Below, piece after piece: positions 60,879-64,000 of a DNA stretch of 64,000 nt. The stretch lies in contig CAVUAK010000001.1 of assembly GCA_963739455.1 (NCBI GenBank), positions 2,336,001 through 2,400,000 on the forward strand, given 5' to 3'. The stretch is from an uncultured Gemmatimonadales bacterium (GTDB lineage Bacteria > Gemmatimonadota > Gemmatimonadetes > Gemmatimonadales > GWC2-71-9). The translations under genes and the position numbers were made by a program. Positions within the stretch are counted from its first letter, which is position 1. Every line of letters begins with the position of its first letter. The notes beneath the pieces were generated by a model. The model did no database searches, was not told the DNA's origin, and saw nothing but the letters and a program-made list of their open reading frames with translations.

Positions 60879-62029
60879 GCCGTTCGCGCGTCGAGTCGGT
60901 CGACCTGGTGCGGGGCGTCATCATGATCCTGATGGCGCTCGATCATACGCGGGACTTCTTCGGCATTCCGGGGCAGAACCCCACTGACATGGCGACGACG
61001 ACACCGGCGCTCTTCTTCACCCGGTGGATCACCCATTTCTGTGCACCGGTGTTCTTCCTCCTGGCCGGTACCGGGGCGTACCTGTCGCTCCGTCGAAAGA
61101 CCAGGGCGGAACTGTCGCGGTTCCTACTGACGCGGGGACTTTGGCTGGTATTCCTCGAGCTCGTGCTGGTCCGCGGCCTGGGCTACCAGTTCAACTTCGA
61201 CTACCGCGTCACCATGCTGCTGGTGCTCTGGGCACTGGGCTGGTCGATGGTGGTGCTGTCGTTCCTGGTGTACCTGCCGACGTGGTTCGTCACCGCCCTC
61301 GGCGTGGTGATGATCGCGGGACACAATCTCCTCGACGGGGTGAAGAGCAGCAATCCGCTCTGGTCGATCCTGCATGCGCCGGGATTCGTGCTGAACACGC
61401 CGGAGCATGTGGTATTCACGGGTTATCCGCTCATTCCGTGGATAGGGGTCATGGCGGCGGGATACGGGCTGGGGCAGGTCTACGAATGGGACGCTGTTCG
61501 GCGGTGCCGTTTCCTGCTGCGCCTGGGGTTGGGGCTGATGCTGGCGTTCGTGGTGCTCCGGTGGCTCAATGTGTACGGCGATCCGTCACCATGGGTGCAG
61601 CAGCCGACCACGACCCAGACGGTATTGTCGTTCCTCAATACCACGAAGTATCCGCCGTCGCTGCTGTTCCTGCTGATGACGCTGGGCCCGGCGATGCTCT
61701 TCCTGCGGGCGGTAGATGGGGGCTTCCCCGCGGTGCTCCGGCCGGCGCTGGTGTTCGGGAAGGTTCCGCTCTTCTACTTCGTGCTGCACTTTGTCCTGAT
61801 CCACCTGCTGGCGGTGGCGACCTGCCTGGTGCGGTACGGCACGGCTCACTGGATGTTCGAGTCGCCCGACTTGGGGAACTACCCGTTCACGGCGCCGCCG
61901 GGGTGGGGGTACTCGCTGCCAGTGGTCTACCTGGTGTGGGCATTTGTAGTACTGGCGATGTATCCGCTCTGTCGCTGGTTCGCCGCGCTCAAGCAAAGAC
62001 GCAACGACGCCTGGCTCAGCTACCTGTAA
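60875..62029 (+). CDS. DUF1624 / heparan-alpha-glucosaminide N-acetyltransferase-domain membrane protein
   Basis: RVESVDLVRGVIMILMALDH, RWITHFCAPVF, KYPPSL, GKVPLFYFVLH. Confidence 0.88.
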   Translation: MSRSRVESVDLVRGVIMILMALDHTRDFFGIPGQNPTDMATTTPALFFTRWITHFCAPVFFLLAGTGAYLSLRRKTRAELSRFLLTRGLWLVFLELVLVRGLGYQFNFDYRVTMLLVLWALGWSMVVLSFLVYLPTWFVTALGVVMIAGHNLLDGVKSSNPLWSILHAPGFVLNTPEHVVFTGYPLIPWIGVMAAGYGLGQVYEWDAVRRCRFLLRLGLGLMLAFVVLRWLNVYGDPSPWVQQPTTTQTVLSFLNTTKYPPSLLFLLMTLGPAMLFLRAVDGGFPAVLRPALVFGKVPLFYFVLHFVLIHLLAVATCLVRYGTAHWMFESPDLGNYPFTAPPGWGYSLPVVYLVWAFVVLAMYPLCRWFAALKQRRNDAWLSYL

Positions 62030-62071
62030 GCGTCTTCAGGATCAACCTGACCCACGAAGAGGAAGCCTGGC

Positions 62072-63355
62072 ATGCCTACGCTCCGCCCTCTCGACGTCGT
62101 TGCGGTCATCATGGGGGGCGGTGCGGGCACACGCCTCTTCCCGCTCACCAAGGACCGCTCGAAGCCGGCGGTGCCGCTGGGCGGGAAATACCGGCTGGTG
62201 GACATCCCGATCAGCAACTGCATCAACTCCGAACTCCGCCGCATCTTCGTCCTGACCCAGTTCAACAGCAGCTCACTGCACCGGCACATCCAGGATGCGT
62301 ACCGGTTCGACGTCTTCGCGCCGGGGTTCGTGGAGATCCTTGCGGCGCAGCAAACGCCGGATCGGACTGACTGGTACCAGGGCACCGCCGATGCGGTGCG
62401 GCAGAACCTGCGGCAACTGAACAACTATCCGCACAAGCTGGTGCTGATCCTGTCGGGCGACCAGCTCTATCGCATGGATTTCCGGGCAGTGATGGAACAG
62501 CACCTGGAGACGGGCGCCGATGCCACGGTGGCGACGATCCCGGTGGCGCGATCGGAAGCGAGCGGGCTGGGGATCATGCAAGTGGCGAGTGACAAGCGGA
62601 TCACGCGATTCGTGGAGAAGCCGAAGGACGCTGCGAGCCTCGACTCGCTGCGGGTGGACTGGGATGCGCTGGGAGGATCGCTGACCGACGTGAACCCCGA
62701 CTCTCTGCTGGCGTCGATGGGCATCTACGTGTTCAATCGGGAGGTGCTGTCCGAGGCGCTGGCGGGACCGGAGGCGGACTTCGGGAAGCACATAATCCCG
62801 TCTCTCATCGGGTCGAAGAAGGTCTTCGCCTACCTGTACCAGGGTTACTGGGAGGATGTGGGAACGATCCGGTCGTTCTACGAGGCGAACCTCGACCTGT
62901 GCGAGCCGGTGCCCAAGTTCAACTTCTACGATGCGACGGCGCCGATCTTCACGCACGCGCGCTACCTGCCCGGCAGCAAGATCATCAAGTCACGGATCGA
63001 GCGGTCGGTCATTGCCGATGGCTGCGTCATCAATGACGCGGTGATCGAGCATTCACTGATCGGGGTACGGAGCCGAGTGCAGTCGGGGGCGGTGATCCGC
63101 GACTCGCTGCTGATGGGGCAGGACTACTATGACACGCCGGACCGGGACAGCCCGACCGGTGCCCCGCCGATGGGCATCGGGTACGGCAGCGTGATCGAGC
63201 GGACGATCGTGGACAAGAATGCGCGGATCGGGGATGGAGTGCGGATCTCGCCTGATGGGAAGCCGGCGCAGGTGGATGGGCCGAATTTTCACGTGCGGGA
63301 TGGGCTGGTGATCATCCCGAAGAATGCGATTGTACCGAGCGGGACGGTCATTTAA
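62072..63355 (+). CDS. glgC: Glucose-1-phosphate adenylyltransferase
   Basis: GGGAGTRLFPLT..RSKPAVP, WYQGTADAV, SGDQLYRMD, FVEKP, SMGIYVF, YWEDVGT. Confidence 0.97.
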   Translation: MPTLRPLDVVAVIMGGGAGTRLFPLTKDRSKPAVPLGGKYRLVDIPISNCINSELRRIFVLTQFNSSSLHRHIQDAYRFDVFAPGFVEILAAQQTPDRTDWYQGTADAVRQNLRQLNNYPHKLVLILSGDQLYRMDFRAVMEQHLETGADATVATIPVARSEASGLGIMQVASDKRITRFVEKPKDAASLDSLRVDWDALGGSLTDVNPDSLLASMGIYVFNREVLSEALAGPEADFGKHIIPSLIGSKKVFAYLYQGYWEDVGTIRSFYEANLDLCEPVPKFNFYDATAPIFTHARYLPGSKIIKSRIERSVIADGCVINDAVIEHSLIGVRSRVQSGAVIRDSLLMGQDYYDTPDRDSPTGAPPMGIGYGSVIERTIVDKNARIGDGVRISPDGKPAQVDGPNFHVRDGLVIIPKNAIVPSGTVI

Positions 63356-63377
63356 CTGCGGGAACAGGGAACAGGGA
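63354..63377 (+). repeat. AACTGC leader + GGGAACA array
   Basis: taactgcgggaacagggaacagggag. Confidence 0.75.
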
Positions 63378-63389
63378 GCCGCCTTCCCG

Positions 63390-63890
63390 ATGAACAGTCG
63401 ACGACAGGTCACCCTGTTCGTGCCGAGCGATGAGGCGCGCCTGCTCGAACCGATCAGGAAGCGTATGGACCCGGTTCAGCATCGGCTGATCGCGGCGCAC
63501 GTGACGCTCTGTCGCGACGAGGACCTCGCGCACCTGCCTGACGCGGAGCTCGAGAGTCGGCTGGCGCACGCGGGCCAATTGCCTCTGACGCTGCAGTTCG
63601 GGCGGCCCGAGGCGTTCGGGGGGCACGGGGTGCTCCTCCCGTGCGTTGCCGGCGAGGAGTCGTTTGACCGGTTGCGGGTGGCACTCCTCGGTGTCGAAGC
63701 GCGACCTCACGGCGCGCACATCACGCTCGCGCATCCGCGGAATCCGCGCGCGGCCGGGAACGTCGCCTCGACCTGGGCGTCACTGGCTTTCCCGCTCAGC
63801 ATCTCGTTCAGCGAGGTGAGCCTCATCGAGCAACGGGACGGTCAGCCGTGGGAAGTGCGAGAGACGCACCAGTTCCCTGCGGAGGGCTAG
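63390..63890 (+). CDS. 2H phosphoesterase (2'-5' RNA ligase family)
   Basis: Two HxT motifs: AHVTL and AHITL. Confidence 0.8.
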   Translation: MNSRRQVTLFVPSDEARLLEPIRKRMDPVQHRLIAAHVTLCRDEDLAHLPDAELESRLAHAGQLPLTLQFGRPEAFGGHGVLLPCVAGEESFDRLRVALLGVEARPHGAHITLAHPRNPRAAGNVASTWASLAFPLSISFSEVSLIEQRDGQPWEVRETHQFPAEG

Positions 63891-63892
63891 GG

Positions 63893-63922
63893 AACAGCGG
63901 GAAGAGGGAAGATGGAAGAGGG
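63893..63922 (+). repeat. AACAGC leader + GGAAGAG array
   Basis: tag-ggaacagcgggaagagggaagatggaagaggg. Confidence 0.75.
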
Positions 63923-63925
63923 ACG

Positions 63926-64000
63926 ATGACACCGCCTGGCGTCATATTCGAGGACCCGGTTGCTGCGATGGAAGAGGTCAAGAAGTTCCTTCCGCCCAGC
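63926..64000 (+). CDS. Start of a CDS running off the window
   Basis: ATG after GAGGG; open to the window end (MTPPGVIFEDPVAAMEEVKKFLPPS). Confidence 0.4.
   Translation, partial: MTPPGVIFEDPVAAMEEVKKFLPPS

Noticed and set aside
1..64000. Many frameshifts suggesting pseudogenes or programmed frameshifting
   Set aside because: They hit essential genes too (pyrB, pyrC, rpsT, miaA, mutL), are mostly single extra bases without slippery motifs, and fit uncorrected long-read errors.

Overview
High-GC bacterial chromosomal segment, most likely Gemmatimonadota (inferred from gene order and protein style). The assembly carries many single-base indels, so many genes are split across frames. Left half (accessory): GSIII end, membrane GDPD, two tandem lipoprotein amidohydrolases, a non-canonical chaperone-usher-like pilus operon (3 pilins, chaperone, short usher-like protein), tRNA-Ser(GGA), an esterase/ATP-grasp/CP-ATP-grasp/YbdK/peptidase-C26 cluster interrupted by an antisense four-helix-bundle (IVS/Avd-like) gene, two FadL-like porins, propeller sensor kinase + FixJ-like regulator + ECF sigma, a duplicated DUF3300-DUF2950 cassette, and an arylsulfatase. 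Right half (core): pyrRBC, rpsT, site-2 protease, scpAB, rluB, moxR-DUF58-bat operon, mutL, miaA, bshA, uppP, birA, coaX, UbiA-type prenyltransferase, NlpC/P60, glgC. The most unusual signal is a window-wide set of short (7-, 8-, 9-bp) tandem repeat arrays. They sit at stop codons, often after an AACNGC leader, and form inverted arm pairs. One pair encloses the four-helix-bundle gene, and arrays have also entered coding sequence (mutL linker, coaX).
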